From positions 1 to 39,012 of the forward strand of contig JAJXWE010000001.1 in NCBI GenBank assembly GCA_021781775.1: DNA of 39,012 nt, given 5' to 3'. Position numbers and translations under genes: made by a program. Positions 28,075 through 36,293 of the stretch are shown in pieces; within the stretch, counting starts at the first letter, position 1; every line of letters starts with the position of its first letter. Source of the stretch: Pseudomonadota bacterium. GTDB lineage: Bacteria > Pseudomonadota > Gammaproteobacteria > Steroidobacterales > Steroidobacteraceae. The notes beneath the pieces were generated by a model. It saw nothing but the letters and a program-made list of their open reading frames with translations. It had not been told where the DNA came from and searched no databases.

Positions 28075-29175
28075 ATGTCCCTCATTCTTTCCAAAATCAT
28101 TGAGGTGCTGTCCTGGCTCGCGGTGCCGGTCGGACTCGTCTGCTTGGTTGATGACTGGCTGCTCAGGCCGGCGCGCCGGGCGCGGGCCGGGGGTGTGCCG
28201 CCCGCCAAGCCTGCGGTGATCACCTTCTGCTATCGCGCGCTGCCCATCCTTCTGGTGGCGGTGGTGCTATGGATATTGGCCACTCAGAGGGTCAACTTCA
28301 GCCTGGTGCTGGTCATCATCACGGCCGTGAGCGGGCTGATCTGGCTGGTGGATGCGCTGCTGCTCGCGCCGCGCCGCAGGCGCGCCGCCGAGGCGCCGGG
28401 GGCCGATGGCAGCGCCCGGATCGAACCCACCACGGTCGATTACGCACGCAGCTTCTTTCCGGTGGCGCTCGCGGTGCTGCTGCTGCGTGCCTTCGTGATC
28501 GAGCCCTTCCGTATCCCCTCCGATTCCATGATGCCCACGCTCCTCGACGGGGACTTCATCGTGGTGGACAAGTTCGCCTACGGCCTGCGGCTGCCGGTCA
28601 TTCACACCAAGATCCTCGACACGGGCGAGCCGCATCGCGGTGATGTGATGGTGTTCCGCCCGCCTTTGCACCCTTCGCAGGACTGGATCAAGCGCGTGGT
28701 GGGCCTGCCTGGGGATCATGTCGTGGTGCGCGACGATCGCATCACGATCAACGGACAGGCGGTGCCGTTCAAGGTGACGGGCACCTACGACGACGGGTGC
28801 TACCAGAACATGGAGATCGCCACTGAGCATCTCGGCATGCACATTCACCATGCACTGCTGTGTCCCGTGCCGCTCGAGGAAACTTCCGACCCGCTGCCGA
28901 CCTGCGCGCGCGCCGATACGCACGGCTATATCTGCGGCGGCACGCCGCCACCGGATGCTCTGCCGCTGCTCGAACAAAAGGTGGTCGATATGACCGTGCC
29001 CCCGGGCGAGTACATGGTGATGGGCGACAATCGCGACAACAGCGACGACAGCCGCGTCTGGGGCTTCGTGCCCGAGAAAGATCTGGTCGGCAAAGCCGAG
29101 TTCATCTGGTTCAACTGGGACATCGCGCGCAAGGGCGGGCCGATCTGGGGCCGAATTGGCAAGGAAATTCATTAG
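28075..29175 (+). CDS. lepB: signal peptidase I
   Basis: EPFRIPSDSMMPTL (Ser), WIKRVVGLPGD (Lys), MGDNRDNSDDSR; several N-terminal TM segments. Confidence 0.95.
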   Translation: MSLILSKIIEVLSWLAVPVGLVCLVDDWLLRPARRARAGGVPPAKPAVITFCYRALPILLVAVVLWILATQRVNFSLVLVIITAVSGLIWLVDALLLAPRRRRAAEAPGADGSARIEPTTVDYARSFFPVALAVLLLRAFVIEPFRIPSDSMMPTLLDGDFIVVDKFAYGLRLPVIHTKILDTGEPHRGDVMVFRPPLHPSQDWIKRVVGLPGDHVVVRDDRITINGQAVPFKVTGTYDDGCYQNMEIATEHLGMHIHHALLCPVPLEETSDPLPTCARADTHGYICGGTPPPDALPLLEQKVVDMTVPPGEYMVMGDNRDNSDDSRVWGFVPEKDLVGKAEFIWFNWDIARKGGPIWGRIGKEIH

Positions 29176-29452
29176 GCGCTGTCCATTGCCCGCGCCCGGC
29201 GCGTCCCATTTAAGCAGCAATCCAGGGTCAGAATAATTTGCGCGAAAGGCGGTCGCTGGAATGTCTGCAGCTTCGCCCCCGGAACGGCAGCTTCTGGGCC
29301 GCGCCAATGGCTTTCCCGGGTTGAGCGGGCATTTGCGTAGAGCCGGGGCCAGGAACGGCGCCGCTTTGCACGCGCGCTCCCTGCATGCGTGGAATTGAGA
29401 CCCCGGAGAGGGAGCTGAAAAGGGCAGGCTTGCCTGTGTTGTGCCAGTTTAC

Positions 29453-29468
29453 CACGCCTTATGTTGGG
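29453..29468. repeat. left att junction of the nested element
   Basis: CACGCC (29453-58), T, TATGTTGGG (29460-68). Confidence 0.72.
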
Positions 29469-29959
29469 TTTAGCGTCTCGGCTGAGGGCAAAAGCCACTT
29501 CTCCATGCGATAGTTCGTCATGGACACGCCGCGCACTATGACCGTCTGCAGGCCGATAACGCGGAATCCAATTTCCTCAAATACGGGGCACGCTGTAATG
29601 CTCGCCTCCGTGTAGAGGCGATCCAGGCCTCGAGTCCGAGCCAGTCACTCGATATGCGTGAGCAGCGCGCGAGCGACGCCACGGCGCTGAAAGTCGGGAT
29701 GGACATAGAGCATGTCAATGTGGCCGTCTGGCTCAATGTCCGAGAAACCAGCGATGCGATGTTCGCACTCAGCGATCCAGGTCGGCTTGGCTGCGCATCG
29801 TCGTGCGAATGCATCATGATCGATCAGATCCGGCGCCCAAGCCTGCACTTGCGAGTCGGTATAGTCACGCCGCCCGATGTTCCGCACAGAAGTGCGGAAG
29901 AGAGCGACCAGACCCGCAACGTCGTCGGTTTGATAAGGCCGGATCGTGATTGCAGGCAT
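29459..29959 (-). pseudogene. GNAT acetyltransferase with one in-frame TGA
   Basis: YTDSQVQAWA...IDMLYVHPDFQRRGVARALL; TGA at 29645-47, after which the same frame continues LARTRGLDRLYTEASITACPVFEEIGF...TNYRMEK to TAA at 29459-61. Confidence 0.85.
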
Positions 29960-29965
29960 GTCGTC

Positions 29966-30220
29966 TCAGCTGCTCGGGCGTGAGCGGCTCAGTGCGATAG
30001 GCGCTGTCTCGAGACGACGCCGGAGGTCCGCCAACTCTCGGTCGCGACGCCCAAGCAAGCTCTGTAGGTCCCGGTAGGCTGCATAATAGTGGTCGACCAG
30101 CGCAGCAAGTTTACCGAGTTGTTCGCGGAGCTGCGCGGCTTCGCGCCGTAGCCGTAGAGTCGGCGCATCCGCGCGCGCTCTGCGCGCTGACTGGGGAGCT
30201 GAATCAGACGTTGTGCTCAT
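29966..30220 (-). CDS. small coiled-coil accessory protein of the recombinase operon (GinD/TnpC-like position)
   Basis: ATGA overlap with the upstream recombinase; heptad-like LREQLGKLAALVDHYYAAYRDLQSLLGRRDRELADLRRRL. Confidence 0.7.
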   Translation of the reverse strand: MSTTSDSAPQSARRARADAPTLRLRREAAQLREQLGKLAALVDHYYAAYRDLQSLLGRRDRELADLRRRLETAPIALSRSRPSS

Positions 30221-32094
30221 GGGGGTGCATCGGCGTCTATTGAACGAACCATGGAAAGTGCTTCGGTGAGGCGTTCACGGGCAATCTTGAGAGTCTGGGT
30301 CGGGAGCGATGGGTCGCGAAGCAGCGCCTCATGGCGCTTCGCCTGATCCAGCCAGTAGGAGCGATGCTCGCTTGAGATGACAAAATTCTTGCAGCGCGCG
30401 CAGGTCGAGGGTTCGCGCCACTCTGGGTTGGGCCCGAATGCGTCGCCCCGGCAGGCGCTGTACTCCTCGCGGTAGACACAGAAACCCCAGTCACAGACGC
30501 CGAGGGTGAGGCCCGCTTCGACGAGCAGCCGAGCGTAGCTCTTCACATCCTGCTTGATCGAGCGGCCCCGAAACTGCGGTCGCTTTGCCACGAGTTCCGC
30601 GCCTGCACGTCCGCCGAGCTGTGGAACGCTCAGCATGTGCTCCCAGGCCGCGACGGACTGCTGGAGGACCTCGGCTTCGATTTCCTGCTGCAAGGAGTAA
30701 TCGGTGCCGACATATCCGGTGTCCGTAATGGCGCGATCTCGGTGTCCCAGATGTTGGGCGAGAGCGAATAGCGATGTTCGGTCCCTCAGCGCAACGAAGC
30801 GAGCAAAAGTCTTGCGGCCCTGATGCGTCGAGAGCCGCCAGCGTTGTCCCCTGTGCAGCGGCAAGGAGAGTCGGGCTGCAAAACGTCCCAACCATTGGTT
30901 GATCCGAGTTGTGCTGGGAATCCAAAGCGGTTCGACGCTATTTGACTCCCACTCTGTTACACCACGAAATCCAGCTCGGGCTCGCTGCCAAAGCTCGGGG
31001 CGGCTGGTGCGAAGCCGATGGGGCGCGGAAAGCGCCTCAAGAACCGCGATAGCATGCACAGCAGGCTCGGGAGCCACCCACTGGTGTGATCGTCCATGAT
31101 AACCAGGTTCGAGCTTGAAAATGGTTCCGGTCAGGACGGCAACGGTACTAGCGGTTTCGTCGTCAAGCGGCCGGATGCAGCCGCTCTGAAGGTGCAGAAT
31201 CTCGCTCACCCGCGCACCGACGAGGTACGCGATCACGATGAAACAGGCGGCGTAGAGCATGTCGACGAGCTCGTAGAACTCCGAGAGCGTTCGAAATGTG
31301 TACACGCCGAGAGGAGTACAAATCGGCTGGGCGCGCAGCCGCCTGGCAGCCTCACGATAACGCGCTTTGTCGCCCGGGGCCCGGCGTTGAACCTGAGTCA
31401 TCAAAGCGGCGTAGATCTCGCGTGCGCGCAGGACATCAACCGCACAGGCGGTCAGAAACTCGATGGCCCCGTGCACCAGAGGCACGACGATGGCATCCGG
31501 CGTGTAAGCGCGAGAGACGCGCTGACAGCGGTATACGCCCGCCGCGGCGTGCGTGCCACGACCGGGCCAAGGATCGAATGTCAGTCCATCGCCGATGAGC
31601 GATTGGTAGCGGCGCAAGTAGCCGAACACTCTCAGGTGCATTGCAAGAGTTGTGGGCGTGATGGGCTTGCCATCGTGCCGTGTCCGCGCAGCGATCTGCT
31701 GCTTGAAGTCCGCTATCGCCGTCGCGTCGAGCTCGTCGAATCGCGTGAAGCCCTCGCACTCCATCCAACGGACCAGCGTGCGCAAATGGTTGAAATAGAC
31801 CAGTACTGTAACTGCGCGTTGGGCGACCCCGGTGCCCAGAGATCGTGTGCGAACGAGGGCGATGAGCCGACGGGCGCTCTCCAAGAGCGCCGCACAGGCT
31901 GGGTCGGTGAAGCGCCGTCCGCTCGGGAGCGCAAAAGCCCAGGAGAAGCGGACCGGACGCTCTTCCTCGAGTACAGAAGTCGGGGCGAAGATCCAGGTCG
32001 CATCGCTCCAGAGCGAATCACGCAGGAACCAATCGCGTCGACTCGCCTCGCTGGCAGACGCGTGGGATATCCGAGCTGTGGTTGCAGCGCTCAT
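30217..32094 (-). CDS. tyrosine recombinase family protein (third of trio)
   Basis: ATG at 32094 overlaps the upstream stop; GARVSEI, THQGRKTFA, HLGH, TDTGY; Cys-rich C-terminal tail. Confidence 0.88.
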   Translation of the reverse strand: MSAATTARISHASASEASRRDWFLRDSLWSDATWIFAPTSVLEEERPVRFSWAFALPSGRRFTDPACAALLESARRLIALVRTRSLGTGVAQRAVTVLVYFNHLRTLVRWMECEGFTRFDELDATAIADFKQQIAARTRHDGKPITPTTLAMHLRVFGYLRRYQSLIGDGLTFDPWPGRGTHAAAGVYRCQRVSRAYTPDAIVVPLVHGAIEFLTACAVDVLRAREIYAALMTQVQRRAPGDKARYREAARRLRAQPICTPLGVYTFRTLSEFYELVDMLYAACFIVIAYLVGARVSEILHLQSGCIRPLDDETASTVAVLTGTIFKLEPGYHGRSHQWVAPEPAVHAIAVLEALSAPHRLRTSRPELWQRARAGFRGVTEWESNSVEPLWIPSTTRINQWLGRFAARLSLPLHRGQRWRLSTHQGRKTFARFVALRDRTSLFALAQHLGHRDRAITDTGYVGTDYSLQQEIEAEVLQQSVAAWEHMLSVPQLGGRAGAELVAKRPQFRGRSIKQDVKSYARLLVEAGLTLGVCDWGFCVYREEYSACRGDAFGPNPEWREPSTCARCKNFVISSEHRSYWLDQAKRHEALLRDPSLPTQTLKIARERLTEALSMVRSIDADAPP

Positions 32095-33860
32095 CGCAGT
32101 GGAGGGAGCGAGGGCAGCTCGGGAAGCAGCCGCTGCGCCTGCGCGATCTCGGCAGTTGCAAAGCGAGTCAGAATGTCCTCCTCGAGAATCCTGAGCGGCG
32201 GCGCATAGATCGATTCCCAGCGCACCGGATGTACGTGCGCCGCGGCGGACGCCAGGTGATCCCGCGCTTGAAGAAGCCGCGCGAGCGTGCGCGTATCGTG
32301 CGGGATCACGGCGTTGGGGCAGGTGAAGCAACCCAAGAAGTTGCCGCAGAGCTCCCCGGCTCGAGTACCAGGGGCGACTCCGGCCAGTGGGTCAAGGCAG
32401 TCGAATCCGAACATGGAAACGGCCGTTGCAGGCGGGACGACCATCTGACCGCCGGGTGCCGTGGCGGTGGTTGCTGGAGTGACGCCGCCATGATCGAGCC
32501 CTCGTGTGGTTCCTTCGAGATGCCCTACAAACACGCGTTGCAGGGCTGCGATCCGCGTCCGATTTTGCGCCTCGACCTCCGGAGACTCCACATATCCGAT
32601 GGTCGTGGAGAGCTGCGCGTGGTTCGCCACCCCCTTCACCGTCATGAGATCGCCTGTGGCCCAGTAGATGCTCGTCAACATGCTTGGCCGGATCGACGCC
32701 GGCGCGACGTGCTTGAGCCCATGCCGTACCTCGAAGTCCCGAATCGGCTGCACCAGCACGTAGTTTGTCAGCACGTGGACGCCCGACGAGCTCTTAAGGA
32801 GAAATAGGCGCTCGCGCTCAGTAATCGTCGAGTGCGGGCGCAAACGGCGCGTCCACTCGATGAGCTCACGCACGAGCATCGGTGGCTCGATGGGTGTGGA
32901 GCTACGGAAAGAGCGGCGCTGAAGCGCGGCCGCTCGAGGCTTGGCCCATACGAGAAACTCTCGATCCTCGAGCAGCGGAACCGGCTGAAGGCACTGGCAC
33001 TCGAGCTCGGCGATGGCCCACGCGTTGCCAGCGGTGTGAATCAGGATGGCGAGGTAATACGGCAGAATGGTGTCGAGGCCCGGATACAGACATGATTCGA
33101 CGTGCTTCCGGCCCCCGACCTTCGAGACCGCCAAGTAACAGCGGTAATTGCCTCGAGAAACGAGTACCTTGTCTCGAGGTACGACGCCACCGAAACGCTG
33201 ATCGATGTACGCCAGGAGCGCGCCACGAGACGCGAGCGGGTCAGCGCAGTCTTGCCGAGCGGACTCCCGTTCTTCGTCGGCGCGCCGGCGTTCGGTGCGT
33301 AGCTGCAGGATATCGCGCTCGCACGCTCGAAGCAGTGCGCGGATCTCCTGCGCGCCCGCCTTTACGCGCCTCAGCGTGTCGCGCCGTCGCCACGGAAACG
33401 GATTGAAGGGATACTCGATACGGGCGAGCAGTCCCGGACGGCAGCGTTCAAGCCACTGCAAGAGCTTGGTCACCGCTCCGTAAACCGCGCTGCGCGTCGG
33501 CTTGCTCCAAGGCCGGCCGTTCGCGGCCCGTTGGTTATTGAGCCACTCGACGTACCGCGCAAGAACGTCGCCGCCGAGGTCGTTGAGGCTGCGCACCGCG
33601 TCCGTCTCCGCGACAAAGCGCGCGAAGACCTTCAGCCGGCGCCACGAATCCTGGGCAGAATGTGGTGGTCGAGCCCCGTAATGATTACGGAAGGCATCGG
33701 CCAATGCTCGCCGCACGTCCTTTGGCAGCGTCAGCGTACCGAAATCGACCACCACGCCGCCCAACCGCAGCGGAGCACCGAGCGACCCTGCGGTCCCGAG
33801 ACCCGCAGGGTCTCCGCTTTGCGGCAATACTCTCCGGATGCGTTCTCGCCCCCGTGCCAT
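32091..33860 (-). CDS. degenerate tyrosine recombinase-like protein (second of trio)
   Basis: HTAGNAWAIAEL (Arg position is Asn), KPRA, ASIRPS, ANH...TTIGY; C-terminal GFDCLDP...CGNFLGCFTCPNA. Confidence 0.8.
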   Translation of the reverse strand: MARGRERIRRVLPQSGDPAGLGTAGSLGAPLRLGGVVVDFGTLTLPKDVRRALADAFRNHYGARPPHSAQDSWRRLKVFARFVAETDAVRSLNDLGGDVLARYVEWLNNQRAANGRPWSKPTRSAVYGAVTKLLQWLERCRPGLLARIEYPFNPFPWRRRDTLRRVKAGAQEIRALLRACERDILQLRTERRRADEERESARQDCADPLASRGALLAYIDQRFGGVVPRDKVLVSRGNYRCYLAVSKVGGRKHVESCLYPGLDTILPYYLAILIHTAGNAWAIAELECQCLQPVPLLEDREFLVWAKPRAAALQRRSFRSSTPIEPPMLVRELIEWTRRLRPHSTITERERLFLLKSSSGVHVLTNYVLVQPIRDFEVRHGLKHVAPASIRPSMLTSIYWATGDLMTVKGVANHAQLSTTIGYVESPEVEAQNRTRIAALQRVFVGHLEGTTRGLDHGGVTPATTATAPGGQMVVPPATAVSMFGFDCLDPLAGVAPGTRAGELCGNFLGCFTCPNAVIPHDTRTLARLLQARDHLASAAAHVHPVRWESIYAPPLRILEEDILTRFATAEIAQAQRLLPELPSLPPLR

Positions 33861-33863
33861 GTT

Positions 33864-35060
33864 CTAAGCCTGATCGAGCAGGGAGTCCAGAACGTCCGTC
33901 AAAACTACCCTATCGACGGCGATCGCGCGCAGGTATCGATCTGTTGTCGCGATGTGCTCGTGCCCCATTAGGACCTTCACGATCAGCAGCGGGTTGATCG
34001 CCGCGCCCTGGCTGGCAAGTCGCTCCAGTCTCGCCAACAGCATGCACGCAAAGGTCGAACGCAGCAGATGCGTGGTTGCGCGAAATCCGCAAACCTCGCC
34101 GGTATCGGCGGTCACTTGCTGGTAGCTGTTCTTCTTGACCGGGCGGCCCCAGCTGTTGATGAACAGCTCTCCGCGATCCACTGCTCCCCGCTTCCGTACG
34201 GCGCGCTTGATCCAGGCACGACGGTGCTCGGCCAAATAGCCGGTGGTCTCCTGCAAGAGCGAGTCCGCGGCGATCACGTACCCGCTCTTGCGTCCTTTGC
34301 GTAGCACTTCAATCACGTGATGCGGCGGCGCGCCAGAGGATCGGCGGGCGACCCCGTGCTTCAGGACATCGTTTACTGTGAGCCTGAGCAACTCGCTCAC
34401 TCGAAGACCGGTATACAGCTGCCAGCGCGCCATCAGGTCGTACGGGGGCGGCAGCCGCGCCAGCAGCTCACGCAGCTGCGCGCTCGTCAAGGGGCGAGGT
34501 AGAGTCTCGAACTGGCGCAACACGAACAGACTGTGGTCAGCACCGGTGTCGTTCCTTCGCGCCCGTGAGCGGCTTCGGCGGGAGATCGTGAAATCGGTCC
34601 CACGTCCTGCCAGGTCAGAACTGCTCAGCCAACCGTTGCGGAGCATCCACTCATAGAATCGCAATACACCGCGCACCCGGTGGTTGATGGTCCGCACGCC
34701 ATATGGGCGCCCCGTGTGAGCGCTAGGCTCGCGCAACATGCGGTTGCGGTAGGCAACGAGATCGGCCGCATCGGCCGAGCTCCATGGGATGCCGCTCTGT
34801 TCGAGAGCGTCGAACCAGTCGTACAGAACCTCCATGTAGGTGTTTAACGTGTCGGAGGTATGCGCCCGCCGGATCGCGTGCTCGTGCAAATATGCGAGTG
34901 CCGGCTCAATGAGCTCGAAGTGGGCGCTGAAAAGAAGGGGGAATCCTGCCGGCCTCGGCTCCCGCAACTTGATCGACTGCGCGGCGGCCGCCGCCTCTCG
35001 TAGCTGCGGGATGACCTCTGACGGCGATGGCAGGATGCCCTTGCGAACGATCTCAACCAC
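33864..35060 (-). CDS. site-specific tyrosine integrase (first of trio)
   Basis: SAM-like N-domain, TGLRVSE, RKGRK, THLLRSTFA, LMGH, TTDRY; probable GTG start at 35060 overlapping the upstream stop (ORF track starts at 35096). Confidence 0.92.
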   Translation of the reverse strand: MVEIVRKGILPSPSEVIPQLREAAAAAQSIKLREPRPAGFPLLFSAHFELIEPALAYLHEHAIRRAHTSDTLNTYMEVLYDWFDALEQSGIPWSSADAADLVAYRNRMLREPSAHTGRPYGVRTINHRVRGVLRFYEWMLRNGWLSSSDLAGRGTDFTISRRSRSRARRNDTGADHSLFVLRQFETLPRPLTSAQLRELLARLPPPYDLMARWQLYTGLRVSELLRLTVNDVLKHGVARRSSGAPPHHVIEVLRKGRKSGYVIAADSLLQETTGYLAEHRRAWIKRAVRKRGAVDRGELFINSWGRPVKKNSYQQVTADTGEVCGFRATTHLLRSTFACMLLARLERLASQGAAINPLLIVKVLMGHEHIATTDRYLRAIAVDRVVLTDVLDSLLDQA

Positions 35061-35364
35061 GAGCGCGTATACGCTCTTGTAGGCACTTGACGGCATCCAC
35101 GAACGAGAGTTTCTCCACGTGCATCGTCAAGTCGATCGCGCCTCCGCCGCCCTTCTTCGCACGGGTGTCGTACCACTTGGCCCCAGACGTCAGGATCTCA
35201 AACTCACCGCACGCGGTACGCAGGTGCCAGCGACGGCTCGTCATGTCCTTTATGGGCCTGTAGGTCGGATCTGCCTTGAGATAGATCGCCAGTAACGCCA
35301 GGGCGTCCTCGCCGTGCATGGCGCGAAGGCGCGCGACTGTTGCCAGATTAAATCTTCGACCCAC
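35053..35364 (-). CDS. small protein resembling the N-terminal domain of primase/DUF3991-type mobile-element proteins
   Basis: KWYDTRAKKGGGGAIDLTMHVEKLSFVDAVKCL resembles the GGxIDL...F.EAV..L tail of primase zinc-binding domains; GTG start inferred; coupled to the integrase. Confidence 0.65.
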   Translation of the reverse strand: MGRRFNLATVARLRAMHGEDALALLAIYLKADPTYRPIKDMTSRRWHLRTACGEFEILTSGAKWYDTRAKKGGGGAIDLTMHVEKLSFVDAVKCLQERIRARG

Positions 35365-35497
35365 AGCTCGGCTCTCGAAGTCGCACAGACCCTCCCCGGA
35401 CCCCTCCCGGCTACTCGCCTCTTGCAGAGCGCCTTGGGAAAGGAAGGGGGAGTCTAGAAGAGATCGGAAAGAGATGGAGGGCGGGCTTGCTGGAGTT

Positions 35498-35513
35498 CCC
35501 AACATATCACGCC
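35498..35513. repeat. right att junction of the nested element
   Basis: CCCAACATA (35498-506), T, CACGCC (35508-13). Confidence 0.72.
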
Positions 35514-35519
35514 GGACTT

Positions 35520-35628
35520 GCCGTCAAGATCTGCGCGCGACCATTCTGGCCGTGCTCGCGAGCGCCTCCGGCGATCCTGACGGCTTCGCTGCGGCGTGGG
35601 GCTTCGTCCTCGGGCAATCCCGCCCGAG
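35520..35628 (+). promoter_or_regulatory. hairpin-rich leader of radC (candidate ssDNA promoter)
   Basis: GCCGTCAAGATC (35520-31) pairs 11/12 with GATCCTGACGGC (35573-84); second stem CTCGGGC-AATCCC-GCCCGAG (35609-28). Confidence 0.5.
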
Positions 35629-35647
35629 ATCAAGACGGAGCTCGCTC

Positions 35648-36142
35648 ATGAGCACGCTCAATTCGCTTCTCATTCGCGATCAACAGCTCGGCGTCGTGCG
35701 CAACGCGACGGCCGACGAAATCATCGAGGCCGCCCGCTCATGCGTGGCGCACAAGGTGCGCCGTGGCGCGTCTCTCGCGTCACCGATTGCCGCCCGGGAC
35801 TATCTGGTCCTGCGCTTCGCAGAGCTGCAGCACGAAGTCTTCTGCGTGATCTACCTGGACAGCCGGCACCGCGTGATCGAGTGCCAGGATCTCTTCCGCG
35901 GCACGATTGATGGAGCGAGCGTCCATCCGCGGGAGGTCGTGAAGGAGGCTCTGCGACGGAACGCCGCCGCGTGCGTGCTGGTGCACAATCACCCGAGCGG
36001 CGTCGCGGAACCGAGCCCGGCAGACGAGCTGATCACCCGGAGACTTCAGGACGCGCTGCAGCTCGTCGATATCCGCGTGCTCGATCACCTTATCGTGGCG
36101 GCTGGCGGCATCACCAGCTTTGCGGAGCGCGGTCTTCTGTGA
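35648..36142 (+). CDS. radC: short RadC/JAB domain protein of mobile-element type
   Basis: GGAG RBS; HEVF, LFRGTIDGASVHPREVVK, HNHPSG, PSPAD, VLDH; 164 aa lacking the HhH N-domain of chromosomal RadC. Confidence 0.93.
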   Translation: MSTLNSLLIRDQQLGVVRNATADEIIEAARSCVAHKVRRGASLASPIAARDYLVLRFAELQHEVFCVIYLDSRHRVIECQDLFRGTIDGASVHPREVVKEALRRNAAACVLVHNHPSGVAEPSPADELITRRLQDALQLVDIRVLDHLIVAAGGITSFAERGLL

Positions 36143-36293
36143 CGGAAAGCGTCGCCCGGCTCCGGTTCATCCGGAGTCGGGTGGTGCTATTGCGGTTTCA
36201 AATGGTCGCTGTGCCGTCTGATTTGCAGGCGAGGGGGAATTCCCTTCCGTGCCCCGCGGAACCCGATGAGGCCGTATCGGGATCTGGTGCCGA

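Larger units (their letters stand above)
29453..35513 (-). mobile_element. nested 6,061-bp triple tyrosine-recombinase element (GInt-like)
   Basis: Coupled operon of three recombinase-family genes plus a small coiled-coil gene, bounded by CACGCC-TTATGTTGGG and CCCAACATAT-CACGCC. Confidence 0.8.

Noticed and set aside
29645..29647. Selenocysteine or programmed readthrough at the GNAT TGA
   Set aside because: The position is not a catalytic Cys site and no SECIS-like hairpin could be supported; a point mutation is simpler
30217..35060. Classical RIT element or Tn554 assignment
   Set aside because: The proteins (398, 589 and 625 aa) are larger than typical RIT recombinases and include a degenerate member plus a small fourth gene; Tn554 has two recombinases. 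GInt-like fits better, pending an HMM check
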